64,000 nucleotides of DNA from Desulfurococcales archaeon. GTDB taxonomy: Archaea > Thermoproteota > Thermoprotei_A > Sulfolobales > Desulfurococcaceae. Below are positions 49,551 to 59,685 of this stretch, piece after piece (position 1 is the first letter of the stretch; each line of letters starts with the position of its first letter). A model generated the notes under the pieces. It worked only from the letters and a program-made list of their open reading frames with translations. It did not search any database and was not told the origin of the DNA. The stretch covers positions 32,001-96,000 of the forward strand of contig JALVYU010000031.1 of the NCBI GenBank assembly GCA_027022365.1, read 5' to 3'. A program made the position numbers and the translations under genes.

Positions 49551-50450
49551 GTGATCGATTTAAAGACTGCGGTCAAGATCCTAGCCCTATATAAGCTCAT
49601 CAAGAACAATGACTGGTTGATAAGGGATCTTGCATGGGAGATAGGAGTTAAGGAGAAAATACTTGTTGAGGCGGTGGAAGAGCTCTCTAAGAACTACTTG
49701 ATAACAATCGATGAATCCCACATTATCTGGAACCCTGCAGATATCCCCTCAATGCTTAAACCATGGGGATGGGAACTAGTACACGAGCCCATCCTAGGCT
49801 CCACGCAGGAGGCGGCCAGAGGCCTGGGTCCTTGGAGCATAGTGGTTGCTGAGTACATGCTGATGGGGAGAGGTAGGCACGGAAAAACATGGAAGACGGG
49901 GCTCGGGGGCCTATGGGTAACGTTTAAGATAAGCACGAACCCTGAGACCGCGGCACTTATGCCGATTATTGTCCCCGTTATTCTGACGAGGATCTTGAGG
50001 ACGAGCCTGGACATCAATGCTCGGATAAAGTGGCCCAACGACATAGTGGTAAACGGCAGGAAATTAGCTGGAATACTTATCGAGGCCGAAGCATTCAGGA
50101 ACAAAATGATCATCTACATCGGCATAGGCTTGAACGTCAATAACGAGCCACCGATCGAGAAAGCAGTATCCATCAAGCAGATAAGAGGGATGACCCCGAG
50201 GAACAAGATCCTATCCATGATGATAGGATGGATATCAAGAGCCAAGAAACTCGCAGAGGAGCCCGAGAAACTCAGGGAGCAGTACCTAGAGTACCTGGAT
50301 ACTCTCGATAAGATTGTGACTGCGAAGACGAGGGAAGGAATAGTTCAGGGCTTAGCTGTGGATGTCAATGATTTAGGGTATCTCGTGTTGGAGACCGAGA
50401 ATGGGAGAAAAATACTTGACCCAACAATCACCTACGAGGTACGATACTAG
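49551..50450 (+). CDS. birA: Biotin-protein ligase with N-terminal wHTH
   Basis: STQ, GRGRHGKTW, IKWPNDI, KLAGILIE, GIGLNV. Confidence 0.9.
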   Translation: MIDLKTAVKILALYKLIKNNDWLIRDLAWEIGVKEKILVEAVEELSKNYLITIDESHIIWNPADIPSMLKPWGWELVHEPILGSTQEAARGLGPWSIVVAEYMLMGRGRHGKTWKTGLGGLWVTFKISTNPETAALMPIIVPVILTRILRTSLDINARIKWPNDIVVNGRKLAGILIEAEAFRNKMIIYIGIGLNVNNEPPIEKAVSIKQIRGMTPRNKILSMMIGWISRAKKLAEEPEKLREQYLEYLDTLDKIVTAKTREGIVQGLAVDVNDLGYLVLETENGRKILDPTITYEVRY

Positions 50451-50454
50451 CTCT

Positions 50455-51831
50455 TCATCTTCCCGCAACATCTACGTTTCTTATAAGCACGGCTGGAGCA
50501 TGCACATCGCCCAGCGGAACCACTTTATCCCCTACACCTATTAGATCCCTCCCCAACCACTCATAGATATTGCCTCCTATGACGACGCCTTTTATGGGGC
50601 CCTTGACTTCGCCGTCTTCTACTAGTAAGCCGTGGGTTACGGTTGCCTGCGTACCCCCGTTCACGAAGTTGCTTGTCCAATAGCCTATGACGCCATACAC
50701 TATGATGCCCTTCTTTATCTCGCCTATCAGTTCCTCCCACTCCATCGTGTTCCTGCCCGCTACATACATGTTCGTGAAGCCGGGAGACGGTGGGCTAGAC
50801 ACAGACCTTCTGAATCCATTGCCTGTAGAGTACCTGTTTTCGCGTCTGGCAGTATAGTGGTCGTAGAGATATGTCTCCAGTACTCCACGGCTCACAACAT
50901 ATTTTCTCGAGGTAGGTATTCCTTCATCGTCAAAACTACACGAACCAACAGCCCAATTTATGGATGGATCATCAAGAATATCGATGTTCTCGCTCAGAAC
51001 CTGTTTATCGATCTTATCCTTCAAGGGGCTCCTACCACGCTGGACGTGAAGCGCTGAGAACGCCGGAGCGAGAACAGTCGCCAAGAACTTGGCTGTCACA
51101 TGCGGGTGGAGGAGTACCTCGTACTTGCCTGACTCGACGGGTTTCCCTCCCACGAAGCGTGTCGACAGCTTTGCAGCCTCGACTGTTTCTCTCAGAATCT
51201 CGTCCTCATCGAGCCGCCTAGAGCCATACTCCAGATAGAATGTTGATTCACTGCCGTCTCTCCTACTCTTTATCTCCAGCCATGCCGACATCATCGTGTT
51301 CTCTTCATAAAGATGTTCACCAAAGCTATTAACGACTAGTTTTCCACCATCAATTACCTCTAGTCCTCCCTGCGTCACTATTGTTTCGTCAGCACCAGCT
51401 CCTCTTCCCGCATCCCCCGCTGTATCGACCACGTTTTTCAAAAGACCAGCAATACCCTCGGGATCTAGCTCGGCTATTTTTTCATCATATGTGCTGGATA
51501 GCACTCCACGGGAATAGTTTGTGGCGAACCCTGGAAAGTCCCTGTCTTCAGGTGCGTTCCGCGCGATCTTGACAAGGGTCTCCGCCAACTTATCAATATC
51601 CGGCGATAGATCGCTCAAGCCTATGCTGGCCAATCGCTTACCAACAGCTACTCTGATCCCATACTTACCAGCGTCAGATACACTTATTCTCTTGATCCTA
51701 CCGTCGGATATCTCGGCAGCCCTTACCCTGGCCCATGAGCCAAAGAACTCTGCTTCGCTAGCTCCTTTTTCAAGTAGTTTATCAATGAAGCGCTTAGCCA
51801 GGTCTAGAAGAACATCTCTCACGGTGATCAC
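50455..51831 (-). CDS. tldE: TldE/PmbA family protein
   Basis: FDDEG, STGNG, no HExxH; coupled to tldD. Confidence 0.9.
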   Translation of the reverse strand: MITVRDVLLDLAKRFIDKLLEKGASEAEFFGSWARVRAAEISDGRIKRISVSDAGKYGIRVAVGKRLASIGLSDLSPDIDKLAETLVKIARNAPEDRDFPGFATNYSRGVLSSTYDEKIAELDPEGIAGLLKNVVDTAGDAGRGAGADETIVTQGGLEVIDGGKLVVNSFGEHLYEENTMMSAWLEIKSRRDGSESTFYLEYGSRRLDEDEILRETVEAAKLSTRFVGGKPVESGKYEVLLHPHVTAKFLATVLAPAFSALHVQRGRSPLKDKIDKQVLSENIDILDDPSINWAVGSCSFDDEGIPTSRKYVVSRGVLETYLYDHYTARRENRYSTGNGFRRSVSSPPSPGFTNMYVAGRNTMEWEELIGEIKKGIIVYGVIGYWTSNFVNGGTQATVTHGLLVEDGEVKGPIKGVVIGGNIYEWLGRDLIGVGDKVVPLGDVHAPAVLIRNVDVAGR

Positions 51832-53246
51832 CTCCCGCCTCCAATCGTTATCCTGGATACACGGACATGTGGGCCCCCATCTCCTACCCGCACCATCTGG
51901 CCTCCTTTGCCACAGCCTCCGAAAACGGATGTCTTGACTTTGAGATCGTTCGCCACCATGTCGACGTTCTTTAGCGTCTCGAGAATCATTCCTGAGAGCA
52001 TTACTCCTCTGACCATGTTCTTGATCTCGCCGTCCTCAATGATATAGCTTGGACCAGCTATGAAGGTGAAGGTACCCATGGCAGGGTTGACTTCTCCGCC
52101 AAGGGCCCCCCTACCCCTAATGTATACTCCGTGCTTGACATCCTCGAACAACTCTTCAGGCTTAGCCTCACCAGGAAGCATGAAAGTGTTGGTCTGTCTG
52201 ACGAGGACAGGGTAGCTATAAGACATTGCGCGCGCATTGCCTGTTGGTTCCCCGCCGACACTCTTGGCCGTCGTGAGGCTGTGGAGGAATCCCTTGAGGA
52301 CTCCCTTCTCCACGGTTGCCACCCGCTTCTTCGGTGTCCCCTCGTCATCATATGGTATCCAGAAGCCTCTCTCGACCAGTCCATCATCAACTATTGTTAC
52401 GAGGGAGCTTGCCACCTGCTGGCCTATCCTCCCCTTCAATATGCTTCCATTAGCTTCTACCTCGTCTGCCTCGGTTGCATGGCCGAACGCCTCGTGCAGC
52501 ATGAGGCCGACCATCTCGTTGTCGAGGATAGCCGTGTATACGCCGGGCTTTATCGCCGGGGCTTTACTGGCCTCTGAAGCTAGCTTCCCTACTTCTTCGG
52601 CGAAGATCCCCCAGTCTCTAGACTCTATGAATTCCCAGCCAGCCACGGCTGAGTCGGCATCGTATACTCGCTCCATGACCTCTCCATGTCTCCCTATGGC
52701 GAGTACACCTATACCGATCAGCCTCGTCTCCACTCGGACATCGTCGCCCCAGCTCGAGACATAGTGTCTCTTGTCGTGCTCATAGCCATACCTGATCAGG
52801 GCAGATACTATGCCTTCAACGCTCCTGCACCTCTTATAGGCTTCCACGACAATGTTTATCTTCATCGACGGGTCCACGTTTTCGGCTGAGATCTTATACG
52901 CACTTGTCCTAGAGTCCTTGTTGGTCTTCCTCTCATACAGCTCCTGCTTCTTTCCGGTGAGACGCATGGCTTTAGCAGCGCGTAGCGCATCCTCTACGGT
53001 CTTCTTAACTGATTCCCAGTCTGGCTTATTAGTTGAGGCGAACCCCATGTATCCGTCAAGATAAATTCTTACACCAACACCGTAAGTCTTATCAATACTG
53101 TATTCTCTGAGAACACCATTGTCCAAGTGTATTGTCTCGTAGAGCCTGCGTTGAACCCTTACATCAGCGAAGTCCACGCCTAGTTTCTCCGCGTAAGAGA
53201 GTATAGCGTAGGGGTCGAAGGGGTCAGGCATAATCTTGTACACCAC
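51828..53246 (-). CDS. tldD: TldD metalloprotease
   Basis: HEAFGHATEAD, YDDEG, TGNARA, RQTNT, GCGKGGQ. Confidence 0.93.
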   Translation of the reverse strand: MVYKIMPDPFDPYAILSYAEKLGVDFADVRVQRRLYETIHLDNGVLREYSIDKTYGVGVRIYLDGYMGFASTNKPDWESVKKTVEDALRAAKAMRLTGKKQELYERKTNKDSRTSAYKISAENVDPSMKINIVVEAYKRCRSVEGIVSALIRYGYEHDKRHYVSSWGDDVRVETRLIGIGVLAIGRHGEVMERVYDADSAVAGWEFIESRDWGIFAEEVGKLASEASKAPAIKPGVYTAILDNEMVGLMLHEAFGHATEADEVEANGSILKGRIGQQVASSLVTIVDDGLVERGFWIPYDDEGTPKKRVATVEKGVLKGFLHSLTTAKSVGGEPTGNARAMSYSYPVLVRQTNTFMLPGEAKPEELFEDVKHGVYIRGRGALGGEVNPAMGTFTFIAGPSYIIEDGEIKNMVRGVMLSGMILETLKNVDMVANDLKVKTSVFGGCGKGGQMVRVGDGGPHVRVSRITIGGGR

Positions 53247-53377
53247 GCAATATTATCCACTATAGGTTATAGTATTGACCCGGAATAACAATCTTCTCCT
53301 ACGAGACAGGCCAGCATAAGCCTTGGTGGTGAACATATTATTGATACGGCCACATAGTATATTCTGGGTGTACAAGA

Positions 53378-53608
53378 TTGGCCGAGAAAACCTGTAGTGT
53401 TGAGGGCTGTGGGAAAACGGCCGCTCGAGAACTAAGTTATCCTGACGCCAAGGTATTAGAGGAGAAGGCTGGAATCAAGCTCAAAGTATATCATGCAAGG
53501 CCCCCGCGCAGGCCGGGAGTAGTCTATCTCTGCGAGGAACACTATAAGCTATGGAAGAGACTGAGCAGAGAAGAACGCAAGATCAGGGATATGGTTCTCA
53601 AGTCCTAG
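53378..53608 (+). CDS. Small zinc-binding protein
   Basis: CSVEGC...YLCEEHYK. Confidence 0.75.
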   Translation: MAEKTCSVEGCGKTAARELSYPDAKVLEEKAGIKLKVYHARPPRRPGVVYLCEEHYKLWKRLSREERKIRDMVLKS

Positions 53609-53620
53609 TCTCCTCCGGCT

Positions 53621-55912
53621 GTGTGGAGCAATATGTATGAACCGTTGCTGGAAGAACTATCAGTTCTCATCAGGAGGACATGGGGGCAGGCAGGAGCCGG
53701 TATACGTCATGTATATGTAGAAGAAACTAGTGAGCCCGAGCTAGGCCCGTATATAGAGGATATAGGGCTACCACAGCCAGTCGTTAATGCTCTGAAGAGC
53801 AGGGGCATAGAGAGACTATATAGGTTCCAGTACGAGGCAATAAAGAAGATCATGAATGGATATAACGTGGTCATAGTTGCGGGCACAGGCACGGGTAAAA
53901 CCGAGGCTTTCCTAATACCTCTGATCAAATTGGGCCTCGAGGAGAAGGCGAGGCCGGTATCACTCCTGCTTTATCCAACAAAAGCACTTGCCAGAGACCA
54001 GCTCGCAAGGATCCATGGAGTACTTGGCTTCGGCGGTGTAACTGCCGCAGTATATGATGGTGATACACCGGCTAGGGATAGGAGGAGGATAAGCGCTAGT
54101 CCTCCGCATATACTGGTGACGAACCCGGACATGATACATGTAGGCCTAGTACTGAGTCCCGCGATTAGATCATTTGTTCGTTCGGCCAAGATAATGGTTT
54201 TCGACGAGCTCCACGTATACGAGGGGGTACTCGGCGCTCATGTCAGAGCTATAGTTGAGAGGATTAGGAGGCATAGAAGAGGGAAGAGGCCCCAGTTCAT
54301 AGGGGTCTCGGCAACCATAGGTAATCCAAAGGAGCACGCCGAGACATTATTTGATGCCCCTGTTGAGGTTGTTGAGGGGCCGAGGAGGAGGAAGGGGACG
54401 GCCTACCATGTACTGGTTTCGGCGGGAAAGCTTAGCAGGTGGACAGTCGCGGCGGGCCTAGCATCCATGCTTATAGACTTGGGCTTAAGAGTGCTAGTCT
54501 TCACGGATTCTCAGCAGATGGCTGAGCTCGTATCTAGGATCGCTAGGAGCTATGGCAAGCAATTGCTTGTTCACCGAGCAGGCCTAAAGCCTGAAGATAG
54601 GAGAATGGTTGAGCAAAAGCTTAGGACGGGCGAAGCTCGGGGTGTGGTTGCAACCCCGACCCTTGAGCTAGGCATAGATATTGGTTATCTGGACGCCGTG
54701 ATAATGGTGGCGCCTCCTCCCAGCTACGCGAAATACCTGCAGAGAGCAGGTAGAGCTGGGAGGAGGGGGCGTAAAGGCTATGTTTTCACAATCCTCGGCG
54801 ACGATCCGATCGATGCCTATTATGAGCGTAACCCGGAGCGGTTCTATGGGCAAGAAATACCTCCTAGCTACTTGGAGCCCGACAACGAGGAAGTGCTCAA
54901 GATACATGCTCTTGCACTCCTCCTGCAGGAGAAGCGGGTATTGGCAAAATATCTTAGAGATCCTTGGAGAAGAGCTCTGGATAGCCTCGTCTACGAGAGG
55001 CTCGCCGTTAAAATTGTTGATAGGTACGTGGTGAACTGGAGGCCGGCCTTCAAGGTCTTCCGTGAAAACTATGTATCGATAAGGGGTGCAGGGCCGCAGG
55101 TCAGGATAATAGATAGAGATACTGGCGAAGTGATCGGATACCGTGAGCTCCCACAAGCGATTCTCGACCTCCACAAAGAGGCAATATACCTGTGCTCAGG
55201 CAAGATCTATGAGAGCCTGGAAATAGATCCTAAGAATAGAGTCGCGTATGTCCGGAGACTACCGGACGACACACCATATTATACGAGGCCCCTCTACAGC
55301 GTGGACGTCGTGGACTACGACACGATCATGGAGCGTACAACCGATAGGGGTATACCACTGGCCTATGCGAGGGCTGTATTAAAGATAATTGTCGAGGGAT
55401 ACGTACTGAGAAACTACTATGATACCGGGAAGAAAGGCTACAAGAACTGGCTAGACGAACCAGTATCCTACAGCTACGTGACAAGAGCCGTTTTCGCCAA
55501 GTACCCGGTCAACGGGGAATGGGACTGGATTAGCAATGCGGAGGCCTTCCATGCAATCGAGCATGCAGTGATCAGCGCTGCCCGGCCAGTCTGCGGCGCA
55601 GGACTGGGAGATATGGGCGGGATAAGCTATCCCAGCGGCGACATCGTCTTCTACGATGCAGCTCCAGGAGGCTCCGGTCTCGCCAGGCTATTGTATGATA
55701 GATACGAGAAGGCCGAGGACATAGCATACGAGATCATGGCTCGATGCGACTGCCTGGACGGGTGCCCAAGATGCATATACAGCCCTTACTGTGGCAACAA
55801 CAACCAGGTCCTCTCGAGAACAAAGGCTCTCCATGTACTGGGCCTTGTCAGGAAGAACAGGTATAAGCTTCCAGCTCCCCTCGTGGATAAGTATGGTAAG
55901 GGGATCGTGTAG
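53621..55912 (+). CDS. DEAD/DEAH helicase with DUF1998 (Hrq1/MrfA/SftH family)
   Basis: TGTGKT, YPTKALARDQ, DELH, SATIGN, LELGIDIG, QRAGRAGR, C-terminal CDCLDGCPRC. Confidence 0.93.
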   Translation: MWSNMYEPLLEELSVLIRRTWGQAGAGIRHVYVEETSEPELGPYIEDIGLPQPVVNALKSRGIERLYRFQYEAIKKIMNGYNVVIVAGTGTGKTEAFLIPLIKLGLEEKARPVSLLLYPTKALARDQLARIHGVLGFGGVTAAVYDGDTPARDRRRISASPPHILVTNPDMIHVGLVLSPAIRSFVRSAKIMVFDELHVYEGVLGAHVRAIVERIRRHRRGKRPQFIGVSATIGNPKEHAETLFDAPVEVVEGPRRRKGTAYHVLVSAGKLSRWTVAAGLASMLIDLGLRVLVFTDSQQMAELVSRIARSYGKQLLVHRAGLKPEDRRMVEQKLRTGEARGVVATPTLELGIDIGYLDAVIMVAPPPSYAKYLQRAGRAGRRGRKGYVFTILGDDPIDAYYERNPERFYGQEIPPSYLEPDNEEVLKIHALALLLQEKRVLAKYLRDPWRRALDSLVYERLAVKIVDRYVVNWRPAFKVFRENYVSIRGAGPQVRIIDRDTGEVIGYRELPQAILDLHKEAIYLCSGKIYESLEIDPKNRVAYVRRLPDDTPYYTRPLYSVDVVDYDTIMERTTDRGIPLAYARAVLKIIVEGYVLRNYYDTGKKGYKNWLDEPVSYSYVTRAVFAKYPVNGEWDWISNAEAFHAIEHAVISAARPVCGAGLGDMGGISYPSGDIVFYDAAPGGSGLARLLYDRYEKAEDIAYEIMARCDCLDGCPRCIYSPYCGNNNQVLSRTKALHVLGLVRKNRYKLPAPLVDKYGKGIV

Positions 55913-55966
55913 ATGATCCTGTAGGATTACGTTATATTATAGTGGAGCACAATATTTCTTCCATGC

Positions 55967-56027
55967 GGGATGACCGGGGCCTCTACTAGCTGAGCAATGA
56001 TGTATTCACGGACCGGGGGACCGTTGA
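55967..56027 (+). ncRNA. Possible box C/D sRNA
   Basis: GGGATGA 55967-55973, CTGA 55990-55993, ATGATGT 55997-56003, weak D (TTGA 56024-56027); TATA-like TTATATTATA ~30 nt upstream in a convergent gap; targets not confidently identified. Confidence 0.4.
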
Positions 56028-56032
56028 ATAAT

Positions 56033-56503
56033 TCATTTCTCGCCCTGATAGTAGCCATTATAGGTCTTCTTAGTCTCGCCCGTCATCCTGAACAGGACGA
56101 GCTGGGCTATCTGAGCCCCTTTATCAATGATTATGCCGTGGGGATTATGCACTACCAGGAGCCCGGATCCCCTTCCTCTATACCCTGGATCCCATACCGC
56201 GGTGTAGAGGGTTGCCCCCATCCTTATGAGGCTGGATCTCTGTATCGCCAAGCCCATATAGCCGTTCGGTATCTCGATCCACTCCTTGTACTTGACATAG
56301 TATGGGCCGGGATCGAGCTTGAACGAACCGTTATCCGGGGTGATTTCACGGTACTCTGGGAGAACACGTTCTTCCATTCCTAAACGACCATGTGTTTCTA
56401 GGACGTATACCCTGTCTAGATGTAGTTTAAGGCCCGCACAGTCGGTCTCCTCATAACTAGCTCCAAGAAGTTCAACTAGATCCTCGGGCCTCAGCACCAC
56501 CAT
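56033..56503 (-). CDS. dut: Archaeal trimeric dUTPase (dCTP deaminase/dUTPase family)
   Basis: RSSLIRMG, WDPGYRG, IAQLV, YNGYYQGE. Confidence 0.85.
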   Translation of the reverse strand: MVVLRPEDLVELLGASYEETDCAGLKLHLDRVYVLETHGRLGMEERVLPEYREITPDNGSFKLDPGPYYVKYKEWIEIPNGYMGLAIQRSSLIRMGATLYTAVWDPGYRGRGSGLLVVHNPHGIIIDKGAQIAQLVLFRMTGETKKTYNGYYQGEK

Positions 56504-56603
56504 TCTTTTCTCACCATTCCTATTGATTGGATGGGATTAGGTTTAATAGTATGGAACCAAATACTGTGCAATAGCACATAAAACAAAGAGAGGTGCATAG
56601 CGC

Positions 56604-57089
56604 ATGGCATGGAACGGTTACAGCCAGCCGAGAGGACAGGGAAGAGGAGGCTACGGCTACGGTAGAGGAGGCATGGGCAGAGGAGCCGGATGGAGAGGCC
56701 AGGGGGGAGGCCCGCCACTGATAAACCTTCCACCCATAAAGCCCCCGGCACCGGGAGCAATAAGGATAGCCGCAATGGTCAATACTCCCCACGGCCTAGA
56801 AGCAACACTAGCACCCCACTATAGGAGAGCACCATATATAGTACTGGTTGACATAGCAGGCGGAAAACCCGTCTGGGTAACCAGTATCCCGAACCCAGCC
56901 GCTACAACGCATGGTGGTGGAGGGATTCTTGCCCAGTGGCTCGCATCCATAGGGGTTAAGTATGTTGTCTCAGGCCATATAGGGCCATCAGCTGCAAGAA
57001 CACTGGTATCGCTAGGAGTGACTATAAGGGTACTACCGCCGGGGACGAGGCTAGTTGACGCACTTAGACAACTAGGATTGCTGGCCTAG
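56604..57089 (+). CDS. NifB/NifX (dinitrogenase FeMo-co) family protein with Gly/Arg-rich N-terminus
   Basis: HYRRAPY, NP....HGGG, GHIGPSA...L...GV; N-terminal GRGG repeats. Confidence 0.85.
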   Translation: MAWNGYSQPRGQGRGGYGYGRGGMGRGAGWRGQGGGPPLINLPPIKPPAPGAIRIAAMVNTPHGLEATLAPHYRRAPYIVLVDIAGGKPVWVTSIPNPAATTHGGGGILAQWLASIGVKYVVSGHIGPSAARTLVSLGVTIRVLPPGTRLVDALRQLGLLA

Positions 57090-57162
57090 TAGATCATCGG
57101 GTAATAGAATCAATAATTAATCATTGTTTTTCCAAATAATATTCCCTGGAGGTTATATAGAG

Positions 57163-57519
57163 ATGAACATGATGGGTCCTAGGAGATGGAGATGGGGCCG
57201 CCGAGGCCCGGGCAGACCGCCGAAGCCCAGGTGGATATGGGGATTTCCTGGGAGACTGAGCTTCATACCGTTCGATGAGACAGGCCAGCCCATCAATGCA
57301 GAACCAGTTATTCTCAGGCCGGACGAGGTAGAGGCTCTGAGGCTAGTCTACTATGAGGGCCTCAACCAGGAAGAAGCAGCAAAGAAAATGGGTGTCTCGA
57401 GGGGAACCCTCTGGCGTGCACTGGCGAGTGGTAGGAAGAAAGTCGTCCAGGCCCTTATTGAGAGAAGACCCCTGGTTATAGGCTACTGGGGGGACAGAAT
57501 AGAGCAACAGCCCGAATAG
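57163..57519 (+). CDS. DUF134 (UPF0251) DNA-binding protein
   Basis: GRPPKPR, DEVEALRL...GLNQEEAA..MGVSRGTLWR.L.SGRKKV. Confidence 0.9.
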   Translation: MNMMGPRRWRWGRRGPGRPPKPRWIWGFPGRLSFIPFDETGQPINAEPVILRPDEVEALRLVYYEGLNQEEAAKKMGVSRGTLWRALASGRKKVVQALIERRPLVIGYWGDRIEQQPE

Positions 57520-57602
57520 CATTATGAGTAAACACGAGTAATGTATTATTTTGTCAAAAATGAATTTACAGGTTATTTGATGTATAGGAAAACATGATTG
57601 TT

Positions 57603-58889
57603 TTATCGCTTATTTAGACCTACGAGGCTGAGTATTCTCGGCAGTAACAGCCATCCATGCTCTATGATCCCCAGCCTGCCCTTAACGCATTTCTTTTCAA
57701 CAAGCTGATCCACGTCGTCGGGCTCTATCCCTGGGGCATAGACCGCCACCGGCACAGGATCGTCCGTGTGCGCTCCAACGCTCGGCGGTGTGGCATGGTC
57801 TGCCGTTACTAGGATCGCCGTATCGCTGGGCATTCTCTCGAGGAATGGCCGGACGAAATACTCGTCTATCTCCTCTATCCTCTTCTTCTTCAGCTCCATA
57901 TCCTTATCGTGTCCCGGCTCGTCGGGGCCCTTTAGGTGAACGTAGACAATGTTGTATGTTTTTAGGAGCTCGAGTGTTTTCTCAAGCCTTATACTGTAGA
58001 TCTCCTTTGGATCCCCTATTGGTGGTTCGAGGGCGACAGTGTCCGCACCAAAGATCCTTCCTATACCGATCTCCACGGGCATTTCTGCTAAAACGGCGAA
58101 TTTGAGACCGTATTTCTCGGGTAAGGGTGTTGCACGCGGTATTTTTCCGCCAGCGTCCCTGAGAAGTATGGCATTTGCTGGTAGTAGCCCCTTCTTCCTC
58201 CTAGCCTCATTTACCGGATGTTTATCTAGTATCTGGATGGCTTTCTCAGTGAATATGTTTGCTAGCTCAGCAGTTATCCTAGCCTCAATCGTGTCTTCAA
58301 GAGGCTCGATCTTCTTTACGTATGGCTCGAACTCCTTTACTGCTACACTGAGAAGACCTTTACGGGTGTACGCCGGATCACTATTGCCTACATATGGGCT
58401 GAGCCTATGTGTCCTACTACCTATTATGACTACCGCACGATGCCCAACAGTAGCCTTCACTCTTGCGTAGCCATCATATTTTCCGAGCTCCATACCGTCC
58501 AGCGCTTTTGCAAGTTCTCGGGCTTCCTCCGTCTCAAGGTTTCTGCCTACACGCCTATCAATCAACTTCTTGGTACTCGGATCTATTGTCGCGAAATTAG
58601 CTCTGAAAGCTATCTCGTAGCCCTCCTTAATGGTCATTCCCGCACCAACAGCCTCGATCGGCCCTCTCCCGGTATAGACTTCATGAGGATTATATCCTAT
58701 TATCGATATAACCGCCTCATCGCTCTCCGGCGCGATCCCTTTCTCAACAGTATACATGGCTCCACAAACACCGTCCCTAGCGATCCTGTCAAGACCCGGT
58801 TTATAGGCCTTCTCAAGAGTCGTCACAGGATCAGATAATCTATCAGCCATGCCGTCCAGAACTAGGTACAGAAGCCTCTTAACAACCAT
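57603..58889 (-). CDS. apgM: 2,3-bisphosphoglycerate-independent phosphoglycerate mutase
   Basis: LDGMAD, PESD, GRGPIEA, HLKGPDEPGHD, TADHATP, HTDDPVP. Confidence 0.92.
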   Translation of the reverse strand: MVVKRLLYLVLDGMADRLSDPVTTLEKAYKPGLDRIARDGVCGAMYTVEKGIAPESDEAVISIIGYNPHEVYTGRGPIEAVGAGMTIKEGYEIAFRANFATIDPSTKKLIDRRVGRNLETEEARELAKALDGMELGKYDGYARVKATVGHRAVVIIGSRTHRLSPYVGNSDPAYTRKGLLSVAVKEFEPYVKKIEPLEDTIEARITAELANIFTEKAIQILDKHPVNEARRKKGLLPANAILLRDAGGKIPRATPLPEKYGLKFAVLAEMPVEIGIGRIFGADTVALEPPIGDPKEIYSIRLEKTLELLKTYNIVYVHLKGPDEPGHDKDMELKKKRIEEIDEYFVRPFLERMPSDTAILVTADHATPPSVGAHTDDPVPVAVYAPGIEPDDVDQLVEKKCVKGRLGIIEHGWLLLPRILSLVGLNKR

Positions 58890-58989
58890 AGCCGCAACAC
58901 CACATGATCATGTTTCTGGTCAAAGCTATATAGAATGGTGCTAATAACATTAATTCCTGTTTCCTAAAGAAAATATTGTAAGTAGTAAG

Positions 58990-59673
58990 CTAATCTAGAC
59001 ATCTCTGCATAATTTCGTGGAGAGGTCTAGACTGAGACACTATCATGTAATCATATCTTTTCTCGCCCGCAACCTCATAAATTATTGTTATCTCATCACA
59101 CGAGATCAGGATAGATGGTGTATCTATTATTTTCAAAGTCTTGATATGATCTTTGTAAAGGTCGAGGAAATCCCTTATTTCTGGATAATCTACGGCTTTT
59201 CTTGTATAATATATTGTGAAGTTATCTCTACCGGTCAAGAACCTCTTAAGATAGTTTAGAATGACGTGTCTTCCCCGTAGACAAATTGTTTTTTCACGGG
59301 GTACGAATCCCTTCTTATATTTCGATAATAGGTCCCGGATTCTCGCTATGTTTTCCTCTAGTTCTCTGAGTTTTGAGACAAGTTCTTCTCTTAGTTTGGC
59401 TATATAGTTTGAGAGCGCTATTCCTGGATCTAGGGCCTCGAATTTTAGGGGTCGACCCGGTATACTGGCTACGAAGCCCTTTTCCTCAAGCTGGTTCAGT
59501 ACATCGTATACCCTGGTATAAGGTATGCCGCTGAGATCGCTTATCTCGCTGGCCGTTGCGGTTCCTCTTATGAGTAATGTAAAGTATACTTTTGCCTCGT
59601 AGAGGGATAACCCTATTCTCTGTAATTCTTCTATAATAGTCTTTTCAGTACTCTTGACCAATCTCCGTGGCAC
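58990..59673 (-). CDS. TrmB family transcriptional regulator
   Basis: GLSLYEAKVY..L, SGIPYTRVYDVLNQLEEKGFV, GRP; coiled coil; short C-terminal domain. Confidence 0.92.
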   Translation of the reverse strand: MPRRLVKSTEKTIIEELQRIGLSLYEAKVYFTLLIRGTATASEISDLSGIPYTRVYDVLNQLEEKGFVASIPGRPLKFEALDPGIALSNYIAKLREELVSKLRELEENIARIRDLLSKYKKGFVPREKTICLRGRHVILNYLKRFLTGRDNFTIYYTRKAVDYPEIRDFLDLYKDHIKTLKIIDTPSILISCDEITIIYEVAGEKRYDYMIVSQSRPLHEIMQRCLD

Positions 59674-59685
59674 CCCCCTGCGTGT

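Noticed and set aside
50455-53246. TldDE as part of a RiPP cluster with PqqD and the radical SAM enzyme
   Set aside because: About 45 kb away, TldDE is widespread in archaea, and there is no YcaO or precursor peptide
261-55912. DNA repair island (GIY-YIG, SSB, DUF429, NreA, Hrq1/MrfA helicase)
   Set aside because: The genes are scattered over 55 kb among unrelated housekeeping genes
42580-55912. HD dNTPase or DUF1998 helicase as anti-phage defence (DISARM/Druantia-like)
   Set aside because: Both match housekeeping archaeal families and lack defence partner genes
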